Both the position numbers and the translations under genes were made by a program. Under the pieces are notes generated by a model that worked only from the letters and a program-made list of their open reading frames with translations, was not told the DNA's origin and ran no database searches. From contig MU005965.1 of the NCBI GenBank assembly GCA_010093745.1, positions 62,001-126,000 on the forward strand: a stretch of 64,000 bases of DNA. The letters run 5' to 3'. This document shows, in pieces, positions 36,993 through 47,100 of the stretch. How positions within the stretch are numbered: the stretch's first letter is position 1; each line of letters opens with the position of its first letter. Source of the stretch: Piedraia hortae CBS 480.64. Its lineage: Eukaryota.

Positions 36993-37934
36993 CTACCTTC
37001 CCATCCACCCCCCATCAACGACAACAACCTCCCCGGACACAAACCTACTAGCCTCGCTTGCGAGGAAAACAACCGGCCCCCCAAAATCCTCCGGGGTCCC
37101 CCACCTTCCCATCGGGACCCTCCCCAGAATCTCCCTCTCCCTGGTTTCATCCCTCTGTAATGCCTCATTCATCTCCGTAGCGACATATCCGGGGGCAATA
37201 GCATTAACCCTAACCCCCCTACCCGCCCACTGATTCGACAACGCACGCGTAAGCGTCACTACACCCCCCTTCGAAGCCGCATACGCGGGAACGTTGATTC
37301 CCCCTTGGAAGGAGAGTAGTGATGCGATGTTTATGATGCTTCCCCCGGGTGGGGTGCGGGATAACATATGCGCTCCTACGTCGCGGGAGAGGAGCCAGAG
37401 GGAGGTTAGGTTTACTTGGAGGACGGAGAGGAAGGCTTCTTCTGGGAAGGACTCGGGCGCGTGGCGGGACTGAACGCCGGCGGCGTTGAGGAGGATGTCG
37501 ATTTCCACGCCGGTGGAGAGGAGGGTGGGGATGCAGGAGCGGACGGATTCTGGGGAGCTGAGGTCGAGGGGGTGGATGGTGCAGTGTCGACCAAGGGAAC
37601 TGATGAGGTGTTGGGTGTGCGTGTTTGAGGTGTCGCGCTGAGTGGGGTTAGATTTTTTTTTTTTNNNNNNNNNNNNNNNNNNNNNNNNNNNNNNNNNNNN
37701 NNNNNNNNNNNNNNNNNNNNNNNNNNNNNNNNNNNNNNNNNNNNNNNNNNNNNNNNNNNNNNNNNNNNNNNNNNNNNNNNNNNNNNNNNNNNNNNNNNNN
37801 NNNNNNNNNNNNNNNNNNNNNNNNNNNNNNNNNNNNNNNNNNNNNNNNNNNNNNNNNNNNNNNNNNNNNNNNNNNNNNNNNNNNNNNNNNNNNNNNNNNN
37901 NNNNNNNNNNNNNNNNNNNGGTGGGGATAACCAT
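36993..37934 (-). CDS. Short-chain dehydrogenase, KduD/gluconate 5-dehydrogenase-like (5' part hidden in gap)
   Basis: Visible exon 36993-37637 follows a CTAAC..CAG acceptor; motifs IINIASLLSFQGG, YAASKG and VNAIAPGY. Possible ATG at 37934. Confidence 0.88.
   Translation of the reverse strand: MVIPTXXXXXXXXXXXXXXXXXXXXXXXXXXXXXXXXXXXXXXXXXXXXXXXXXXXXXXXXXXXXXXXXXXXXXXXXXXXXXXXXXXXXXKKKKSNPTQRDTSNTHTQHLISSLGRHCTIHPLDLSSPESVRSCIPTLLSTGVEIDILLNAAGVQSRHAPESFPEEAFLSVLQVNLTSLWLLSRDVGAHMLSRTPPGGSIINIASLLSFQGGINVPAYAASKGGVVTLTRALSNQWAGRGVRVNAIAPGYVATEMNEALQRDETREREILGRVPMGRWGTPEDFGGPVVFLASEASRFVSGEVVVVDGGWMGR
37665..37919. other. Assembly gap
   Basis: N run next to poly-T. Confidence 1.
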
Positions 37935-38173
37935 TTAGTCTGCAGGAGGAACCGGAGTAGAGCTTCGATATGCAGAAATACTAGTTAGGAGATTATTACA
38001 ATGCATTTTTGGTGGCATTGGAATGGATAACAGCTATGCTCGATACATATATCAGTCGACGGGGAATTTTAGTCGACAGGATTGTCCATAAATTTGAGCA
38101 CTGCTACATCGGTCAGTGCCTGCAATGGCCAGAGTCTGGGTGCAATATTACATGATTACTTTATCTGCTCAGT

Positions 38174-39244
38174 TCAGTCGCTATCGCTATCGTAATTCAC
38201 CAACGGAATAGCCGCCGGTACTTCTGCCTTTGACTCTTCCGCCTTTGCCTTTGCCTGTGCAGCATACCAGACTTTATCAGGGGCTTCATAACCAGGAAGG
38301 CCAAATGAGCCCTCGATGCACCGCCTCTTCCTCTCCTCTTCCGGATCCGCGCCGTTGTACGGCCTACCCTCAGTCTCTGCAACGACCGAAGCGGACAGGA
38401 CACTGCGAATGGCCTCTGCCGCTTCCTCTTCAAGACGTCGATGCTCTCTTTTCTGCGCGGCGGGATTAGGGTCGACGGTGGCCCATCGCACGTTCAAACA
38501 CTCGTCGTGATCGAGTTTCTGATGAGCCATGGCCTCCTTTGCGAATTCTGCGTTTGCAAGGTGAACATACGTTACGAACGCAACGCCACGGGAGGGAAGG
38601 ACGCGTATCCGTTCAACTTGGCCCCATTCCTGGAAGTGTCTTGCAACGACCTCTTCAATATCATCAGTCACGTGTATCCTGCCGACATAAAGCGTGCGAT
38701 TGATTCGCAGAAAAGTGCCAACGCCGCCCATGTCGTCCCTGTAGTCGCTAAACTTGTCTCGCCCAAAACAGTCGACGTTGCTGGGGAACATGTCTCCAAA
38801 CTGCCCGCCTCTCCCATCCGTCTTGCCGATGCGGCTATTGGGCAGCCGGTGCAGGTACTCGCAGTCCGATCCCTTTGGACACAGTCCGCGCGCAAAGAAG
38901 AGGCAAAAGTAGCTCCCTTGGATCTTGTCCGCCTTGGTGTAGCCCGTATCCAGCGCAATGTTGCATCGGCCTTGGGATTGGTACTGCGACGCCAACGCGT
39001 CTTCGCGATCGCCGCCAGACCATTTGTTGTACCAGATATTGTATATTGTACCCGTCTGCGGCGCTTGGCCGGTCTTGAGATTCGCCGGGTCCTGCTGCGG
39101 CCGCGCCGGACGTCGCCGGCGTTTGACAATCTTGGTCCGCCGCACTTTTTGCACAGCGCCATCAGCTGGGTTGGATACGACAACCGCCGTTTCCGCTGCT
39201 GCTGCATCTTCTTGCGCTGACGTCGCTTCTTTCGTTGCTGCCAT
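38174..39244 (-). CDS. CWC2: Pre-mRNA splicing factor Cwc2 (CCCH zinc finger plus RRM)
   Basis: YNIWYNKWSGGDRED, CLFFARGLCPKGSDCEYLH, YRDDMGGVG and RRM; ATG at 39244. Confidence 0.95.
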   Translation of the reverse strand: MAATKEATSAQEDAAAAETAVVVSNPADGAVQKVRRTKIVKRRRRPARPQQDPANLKTGQAPQTGTIYNIWYNKWSGGDREDALASQYQSQGRCNIALDTGYTKADKIQGSYFCLFFARGLCPKGSDCEYLHRLPNSRIGKTDGRGGQFGDMFPSNVDCFGRDKFSDYRDDMGGVGTFLRINRTLYVGRIHVTDDIEEVVARHFQEWGQVERIRVLPSRGVAFVTYVHLANAEFAKEAMAHQKLDHDECLNVRWATVDPNPAAQKREHRRLEEEAAEAIRSVLSASVVAETEGRPYNGADPEEERKRRCIEGSFGLPGYEAPDKVWYAAQAKAKAEESKAEVPAAIPLVNYDSDSD

Positions 39245-39696
39245 TTTTACGGGAAATATATTGTCCGTCGCTTCGTGTGAGGTCACTTTGCTCTAGCCGA
39301 ATGGGGATAGATCTAGCCGAGCCCCACATCTGATCGACCAATTAAGCTCTGTTTTATTTTCGGAAGAGTTTGGACATCCCGACAGTTTGGTTTCGCGCGT
39401 ACAACATGGTCTTCACCTCGAAGCTGATAGGCCGTCCGTCCAGGATCCCAGTTTCCCCATCAGAGTCCTACATATATCCCTCGTTCCTGCATGGACCGGC
39501 GTGAATACGCCATCGGGAAGTAGTTAATGGTAACGTAGATCAAGGCCTCGTATTGGAGGGGCGGGAAACAAGGCACCCACTAAAGCAGACCCCCCCCCCC
39601 CCATGGCCGGCCAGGGATTCGTCTGGCAATGCAGCTTAAATATGATATAAATTTCGCCTCTTTCCTTCTGTTCTTTTCCATTCTCTAACGCCAACC

Positions 39697-41363
39697 ATGG
39701 AGATGAACTACGATGCCGAGAAGTTGCATCGCATCGAGCAGGAACTCCATGCTGAGATCCTACCGGGCACGGAAATCATGACGGATGTCGGCGACGTTCG
39801 CTTCGTCAAAGGCGGTTCTCATGTCTTGGTCCCTCAGCCATCCGACGACCCGCACGATCCTCTGTGAGTCGATTCTTAATTGTTCAACCCGCACTGCTGA
39901 TATTCGACAAAGTAATTGGAGCCGCAAGTGGAAGATTATGTGTATTGTATCGGCCACAACTGTTTCCTTTACCCAAGGTCTGGGACCTCTGGCTTTGGCA
40001 CCCATGTTTCCCTTGTACATGAAAGACTTTGACTCCAGTCTTCCCGAGGTCATCAAGTTTACCGGCGTTGCTGTCCTTGTTCTGGGCTTCTCCAATTTCA
40101 TATGGGTACCTTTGAGTACAGCGTTTGGGAGACGACCAGTCTATATCTTTTCCCAGCTTCTATGCTTCGTCTCATCCATTTGGCGAGCACTGGCCACAGA
40201 CTATGCTAGCTTCATGGGAGCATGTGTCCTCAACGGAATCGCAGCTGGACCGGGTGAAAGCATCCAACCCGCAGTCATCTCAGATATTTTCTTTCTCCAC
40301 GACCGTGGTTTCTGGATGACAATGTACTGGACCTTTTACCTCTCCTCTCTCATGATCGGGCCCATCCTCTCCGGCTCCGTCTCTCTGCACGTTGGATGGA
40401 GGAACTTCTGGTGGCTGAACACAGCCATGATCGGCGTCTCACTCCTCATGATCATCTTCATGTTCCCCGAAACCAAATGGCACCGTCCTCATCCCAACGA
40501 ACTCGGAAAAATCGATGCCACATCAGACGCTTCCACCAAAGAAGACCCATTCCTCGACCAAGGCCATCCCGGCAAGAAACAATGGGGAATCTACACTCCC
40601 AGCCAAAACCCCTTTAAATCAATCGGCATCGAACTCTGGACGCCCTGGAAACTATTCGCCTTTCCCATCGTCGAATTCGCCGCTTTTGTGAGCTCCTGGT
40701 CCGCCAGCGTCCTCTTAACCCTCAACCTCACCCAATCACATCATTTCGCCGCCCCTCCATACAATTTCAGCCCCCAAACAATCGGCTTTACCAATTTCGC
40801 AATCCTCATTGGAGCAATGATCGGTCTCGTCACCGCTGGTCCATTGTCAGACTGGGTTAGCGATCGTGCGACTAGAAAGAACAACGGTGCGTCCCCATCA
40901 CCCCCCTTACTGCAACCCAACTAACAAAAAGGCGCCAGGCATCCGCGAGCCCGAAATGCGCCTTCCCACCATGATTCCCTACATCCTCATCATGATTCTC
41001 GGCAACTTCATCGCCGCATTCGGCATGCAGCACAAATGGCACTGGGCCGTTATCGTCATCCTCGGCTATACCTGTGTCGGGATCCAAGTCACTGCGTTAC
41101 CTTCCATCGTAACAACATACAGCGTCGACTCGTATAAACCCGTTGCGGCGTCAGTCATGGTTGCGGTTACGGTGAATAAGAATGTCTGGGGGTATGGCTT
41201 CTCTGAGTTTTTGGTTCCGTGGTTGGAGAGGCAGGGGTACGTTCCGCCCATTATGACGAATATGTGTTTGCTTGTGCTGTGGTGCGCATTTGGGGGGGTG
41301 TTTTATCGTTATGGGAAGGTGTGTAGGAGGTGGAGTAGGGGGAGTAAAGTGCATTTGATGTGA
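39697..41363 (+). CDS. MFS transporter (Hol1/DHA1-like)
   Basis: Introns 39864-39912 and 40887-40938; motifs PQPSDDPHDPLNW, FGRRPVY and REPEMRL. Confidence 0.9.
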
Positions 41364-41959
41364 GGGTGGTTTGGGATAGAGGTGTTTTGGATGCATGGGG
41401 TTTAGATGGCCGGCAGGGTGGTTATACAGTTGGGATTACAGGTGTCATGGGGCTGTCATATGCTGTCAACTTAGTTTGGTTGGGACTTTCCGATTCTCAA
41501 TAATATTGACTCTACCTAGCCCCTGGAAGTAAATCCCCGTTTCCCAAGTGCTAAAAATTTCTGTCCACCGTGATATCAACATGCCGGACGACCGAGATCT
41601 TATCACTTGGTGAAGTTTTGCTGAGTGACGGATCGGTCCGATGCAGTCCGTTTGACAACCCGCGAAAATTCTGCAGAACTATCATAAGATCCAACACCGT
41701 AAACCCAAGAACTATCTGGAAGATGCAAGCCAACACAAGATCAATTAGGTTAAGAGCCTGGCACGGCGCTTGTACATTCCCGACACTCGATGATAATATC
41801 CATTTGCGCTGCCGCACGCTTCAATTTTACCTCTCGTTACGTTTGATTTTTCGCATTGAGGAGAGACTTCGGTGGGATCGCACAGGCCGCTGCTTCTTGT
41901 GAGTTATTTTGTCGAGATGGGGCTGTTGCTGTGGATGAACTCCTTTGCGCCTCCCGCCT

Positions 41960-42314
41960 CCTGTTGTATTCAAGCATCGCCGCTAGCGCGTATGCGGGGC
42001 ATTTGCATAGCAAGTCAGCGATGCCTCCTACACTACCAGCTGTACCCTAGGTTTTTCCCTCACAGAGGTTTTCCCTCAGGGCCATGTCATATGTGACATG
42101 GTGTATGCGCCCTGCTAGTGTACGATGTGACGTCACCGGCCCACCGGTATAGAATATTTATTCTGACGTCCCCTCATAGAGATAGATAGTCCTTCACACT
42201 GTGATATCGACAGTGGTATTGACTCATATCCATCTACATCTGTCCTGTCCCCGTTTCCGTCTATTGCTTCGTTCTCTTAGTTCGGGCCGTTGCGCACTCT
42301 CACCCACGGGAGCC
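41960..42314 (+). repeat. Repeat module A (about 350 bp, palindrome-rich); inverted copies at 45426-45583 and 46748-47100
   Basis: Long reverse-complement matches, for example ccctcacagaggttttccctcagggccatgtcatatgtgacatgg. Confidence 0.93.
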
Positions 42315-42319
42315 CAATC

Positions 42320-42716
42320 GCTACAGAAAACAATTTCATCTTGAATCTCCATGGGCTTGTTCCCGAATCTTCTGGCATTTTCATTGTGCTCGTTGTAAGA
42401 GCGCAAAATCTCCCTTCGTCGATGGTGAGTATCCTGGGCTTATTCTACCCCATCCGCACTGCCTCAGCAACTTTGAGAGGTCTTTCCGTCCTTCCATCCC
42501 TGGGAAGCAAATGGACTTTTCCGTACAGAGAGGTTTCTGGCTTCACGAGGCTACATCCTGCCCTATGACAGGCTCGCCTTGGGGGCAAAGGTTTTCTTGT
42601 CGCGCGAGGTGCGTAATGAACTTTTCCATCATCTCGCACGTCCAAGACATCCGCTTTTCCGCTGCAATTATTGTGTTCTGGTTGGCGTCTTCACTTGTAG
42701 AAGATGGGGTAGACAT
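42320..42716 (-). mobile_element. Myb/SANT-like ORF relic (PIF/Harbinger accessory-protein-like)
   Basis: KRMSWTCEMMEKFITHL, then LLRQCGWG*, then SYNEHNENARRFGNKPMEIQDEIVF, spread over frameshifts and stops. Confidence 0.5.
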
Positions 42717-43432
42717 GATGCGTTGACGATTGCGGCGATCGAGAGTTTAGCCAGAGATGTGCGGAAATCCAAGCCGCTCTGCTCTGAGATGGGGTTAAAA
42801 AAAAAACAGCTGCACCTTCAGCCTTAGTTAGAACTGTCGGGTCGGCCAGCTGTGAATCTAGGTTTCGTAAAATCTGAAGGGGAAAGTCCGACGAGTGCAT
42901 TGAATGCATATATTCAGGTTGCCTTTGCGCACGGCCCACGTTGGAGGAGCTTAGGTAGAGGCCGACACTTCTCAGGGGCTTGCCACCAAAGAAGGAAGAT
43001 TTCCTCGTGACGAAGCACGATCCCGTTGATGCTCCATGCGTGATAGGTGACGTGGTCTCGGTGGATGTGATTAGGCCTTGGCTAGCGTGAGTGATGTTCA
43101 GCACTTCACCTCACCACACTACACATGCATAGACACACACATGCGTGCTTTTTACATAATTTGCCTATCCCATCTTTCCGATAGATTTCCTCCAAAATCC
43201 GGTTGCATTGAACGCCCCCTCATCAGACACTCCGGCGCTGCGGATAACTTAACCCGTTTTTAACAGGTATGACTCTACCCACCTCCTGAGCGGGGGTTGA
43301 TCCCCCTGACTGATTTTCATAAGTACTCCCTGGTTCCCAACCTCGACACCGATCCTACTATCACCCTCTATCCATTTCCACTAACGTCATCATCCCGCCC
43401 ACACGCAAACAGAATATAATCCAAATCACAAC

Positions 43433-44230
43433 ATGTGGGACCTACCCATGGGACATGTTCCCAATGGCCTACTCCCGTATCATGGATTCGGCCAATCCAC
43501 CTACATTTTCTCATCACCTCCCAAATCAATTCCACTCAAGACCTGGATGCCGCCCCCCGAGCCAGTCCCACAAAAAAACTGGATTCTGGAACAATACCAC
43601 GAATTTCCCCTACCCCCAACCCCTCCCACCTACTCGTCCGCCATCGAAACATTTTATTTCACAGTCAAACAACCTGAACACATTTTCACCACCATCGAAA
43701 AATTGCCCAACCTTCGCGAGCTGCGAATAAACCTCAACCCAACACCCACAACATGGCGCTCCCAATCCCTCGACTTTGCACGGCAACTCCCCCGCCTCAA
43801 AGCCCTTGAGAGCCTCGAAACCCTCGAAATCCATTTCGTGCATCGACACCAAGGTGAATTTAGTAGAGAGTACTGCTTTCTTGAGCAAGCTTTCATGACC
43901 GAAGCTCTCCAGTCGCTGAGAAATCTTAGGGAGCTGCATCTCTGGACGAAGACTGGTCTTGGAAAGATGGTCATGGGCGCGCTGGAGCAATGTTGTCCGT
44001 ATATAACGTCGTTGTCGGGGGTGATTCAGGATACATTTTATGAGGAGATGAGCGAGGAAAACCTGAAGTATTTGTCACTAACGCGGACGCTGTGGGTTCA
44101 ACTTGAGAACATAGGGCAGCAGGAAGACGCGTCTACAGATGTGTCTGATGGAACAAGTTCTCAAGGGACTAGTTTCACCATCGAACCTGAACGAAACGCT
44201 CATCGTCGTCCGGTATCGTGTTCATTGTGA
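43433..44230 (+). pseudogene. LRR fragment of the F-box/LRR family, lacking the F-box
   Basis: TIEKLPNLRELRINL, LKALESLETLEI, LRNLRELHL and PYITSLSG parallel the C-terminal half of the 7946 gene. Confidence 0.65.
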
Positions 44231-44443
44231 GGATAACCTCTGCTTCCAGCGTTTTGGAGGTCTGATGATGAGCTGCTGTGAAAGAAGTGGACATGGAAGA
44301 GAGGCTTGAAAAGGTCTCGCTGATGTGTCGCCAGCCCCATTCTGAACACTTTCACCGTGTCACTACCCATCGTCCTGATTTTTGCCAAGTCAACATTCCA
44401 ACTTCGTCAAGATGCCACTTCACACAAGTAAAATTCCCAAAAC

Positions 44444-44610
44444 GATTCCCCTTCCCTTCGAGATTTTGGTCGACATAGCAACAGATCCGGAAGATGACCA
44501 CGTTCTCATTAATAAGCGCATTAATATCTTCAGGCTGTGAAGAAATCATGAAAATGGTCATCGAATCGCCCTTAGTCGGCAGCAATACCTTGCGCGATCC
44601 ATTCCCATGC
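44444..44610 (+). pseudogene. F-box N-terminal relic
   Basis: cttcccttcgagattttggtcgacatagcaacagatccggaagatgac is nearly identical to 29093-29140. Confidence 0.7.
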
Positions 44611-44760
44611 CGACAAGAAGTTTCACTGTGAGCGTGAAAAATCCTCTGCTTCTATCATTTTGAGGTGGATGCTTGCATGGACTGATCTATGCAAGGTGTT
44701 AAACGTGTACTAACGTCTTTTTTGTTTTTTGTTTTTTTTTTCCTTTTTTTTGTTTTTTTT

Positions 44761-45425
44761 NNNNNNNNNNNNNNNNNNNNNNNNNNNNNNNNNNNNNNNN
44801 NNNNNNNNNNNNNNNNNNNNNNNNNNNNNNNNNNNNNNNNNNNNNNNNNNNNNNNNNNNNNNNNNNNNNNNNNNNNNNNNNNNNNNNNNNNNNNNNNNNN
44901 NNNNNNNNNNNNNNNNNNNNNNNNNNNNNNNNNNNNNNNNNNNNNNNNNNNNNNNNNNNNNNNNNNNNNNNNNNNNNNNNNNNNNNNNNNNNNNNNNNNN
45001 NNNNNNNNNNNNNNNNNNNNNNNNNNNNNNNNNNNNNNNNNNNNNNNNNNNNNNNNNNNNNNNNNNNNNNNNNNNNNNNNNNNNNNNNNNNNNNNNNNNN
45101 NNNNNNNNNNNNNNNNNNNNNNNNNNNNNNNNNNNNNNNNNNNNNNNNNNNNNNNNNNNNNNNNNNNNNNNNNNNNNNNNNNNNNNNNNNNNNNNNNNNN
45201 NNNNNNNNNNNNNNNNNNNNNNNNNNNNNNNNNNNNNNNNNNNNNNNNNNNNNNNNNNNNNNNNNNNNNNNNNNNNNNNNNNNNNNNNNNNNNNNNNNNN
45301 NNNNNNNNNNNNNNNNNNNNNNNNNNNNNNNNNNNNNNNNNNNNNNNNNNNNNNNNNNNNNNNNNNNNNNNNNNNNNNNNNNNNNNNNNNNNNNNNNNNN
45401 NNNNNNNNNNNNNNNNNNNNNNNNN
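44761..45425. other. Assembly gap
   Basis: N run between a T-rich tract and repeat module A. Confidence 1.
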
Positions 45426-45583
45426 CACTAGCAGGGCGCATACACCATGTCACATATGACATGGCCCTGAGGGAAAACCTCTGTGAGGGAAAAACCTAGG
45501 GTACAGCTGGTAGTGTAGGATGCATCGCTGACTTGCTATGCAAATGCCCCGCATACGCGCTAGCGGCGATGCTTAAATTCAAC
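45426..45583 (-). repeat. Repeat module A, truncated by the gap
   Basis: Near-identical reverse complement of about 41963-42120. Confidence 0.92.
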
Positions 45584-46535
45584 AATTTCGAACGATCAGG
45601 AGATTAGTCTGTAGCAGGCAATCTTTTGCCGGCTGTTGTATAAGAGTTGGCTGACATGTCATTTGGCACGATTTCTCGGTGAAGAGGCAGCATTCTGAGT
45701 CAAGTCGGAGAACGTTGGGCTGCGTCCATTCAATGTAAATTTTTGCGTATGCGCGAACGGCGTTTTGGTGCTGCAGTCATTGTCTGACACCTGCCTGAGG
45801 TCAAATATGATGACCTTTTAGGAATGTGGATGTGATACAACTCTCACAGAACGATGTCATGTATAATATTACGGCTAATGCCGTTCGGGTGGCGCCGTGA
45901 GGTGGGGCAGGCTTCGCACACAAATTCACAATCCGTTCTCCTTTCTTCTCTGACAAACACACCATCACAAACATCTTGCACTACCGCCATGACTCGTCAT
46001 TTCTTTTATACTTCTCATTCCTCTCCAGCAGTTCAGCATGTGGTACAATGTCTTGACCGCCATATCAAGAACTTCGCTGTGCTCAATCTCCGCTACACCC
46101 CTGGTTGTCAGACGCCTGCCTTAGATAGATAGGGTACCGGACTTTCCAGGGTTTTACCTCATGGAGGATGTTTCTCTGGAGCGTGGTTACGTCAAAGGAC
46201 GCTGTCACCGCGAATGCGGTTCGGGCCGGGGAGAGAGTCTAGAGCAGTCTTGCGGTGCAAGCCTTCTCTTGACCTCAGACGGATTCCATAGTGATATATC
46301 ACACACACTATTGACTGCGTCACCATTCACATATATCGAAGTGATGTGAGTAGATCCCTCCCTCCTTCCGATACCGGTTGACTGCAATCACCGTGACCGC
46401 CGCAGCCGCTGTGGTTGGTATTGGCGTTTACTCATCACGATGTATGAGTCTTTTATTTACCACTGCATCCACCGCACCAACCACAACTACCATATCCATT
46501 GCGCGCAGCAGCTCAATGCTACCAGACAGCAGGCC

Positions 46536-46737
46536 TATGTTACGGTGCTCAGAGGAAAATGTTCAATAAGTCCCAACAACGAGGACAATCCAAACTGCTA
46601 TCTACTGGGAAGCTACGACACTATAAACCAATCCAGAAGCGCCATCCATTCGCGCGTGGTAGCGAGCGTAGCTATGAATAACTAGCAGGGCGCGTCGGTG
46701 TATCAAACCCACTGTGCGCTTAGGCGGCGCGGGTCGT
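46536..46737 (-). repeat. Repeat module B
   Basis: Reverse complement of 16006-16204. Confidence 0.9.
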
Positions 46738-46747
46738 GTAGATATTC

Positions 46748-47100
46748 AGCTCTCGTGGGTGAGAGTGCACAGCGACCCGAAGAGGACGGAGCGATAGACG
46801 GAATCAGGGACAGGAAAGATGTAGATGTATGTAAGTAAAAATACCAGTTGCAGTATGGTAGTGTGAATGACTATGTGTCTCTATAAGGGGACGTCAGAAT
46901 GAAAATTCTCTACCGGTGGGCCGGTGACGTCACGTCGTACACTAGCGGGGCGTATTCACCATGTCACATATGACATGACCCTCAGGGAAAACCTCTGTGA
47001 GGGAAAAACCTAGGGTGCAGCCGGTAGTGTAGGAGGTATCGCTGACTTGCTATGCAAGTGCCCTGCATACGCTCTAGTGGCGATGCTTGAATCCAACAGG
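46748..47100 (-). repeat. Repeat module A
   Basis: Reverse complement of 41960-42314 with moderate divergence. Confidence 0.92.

Noticed and set aside
44655..45499. ORFs of about 250 aa across the gap
   Set aside because: Artefacts of translating Ns.
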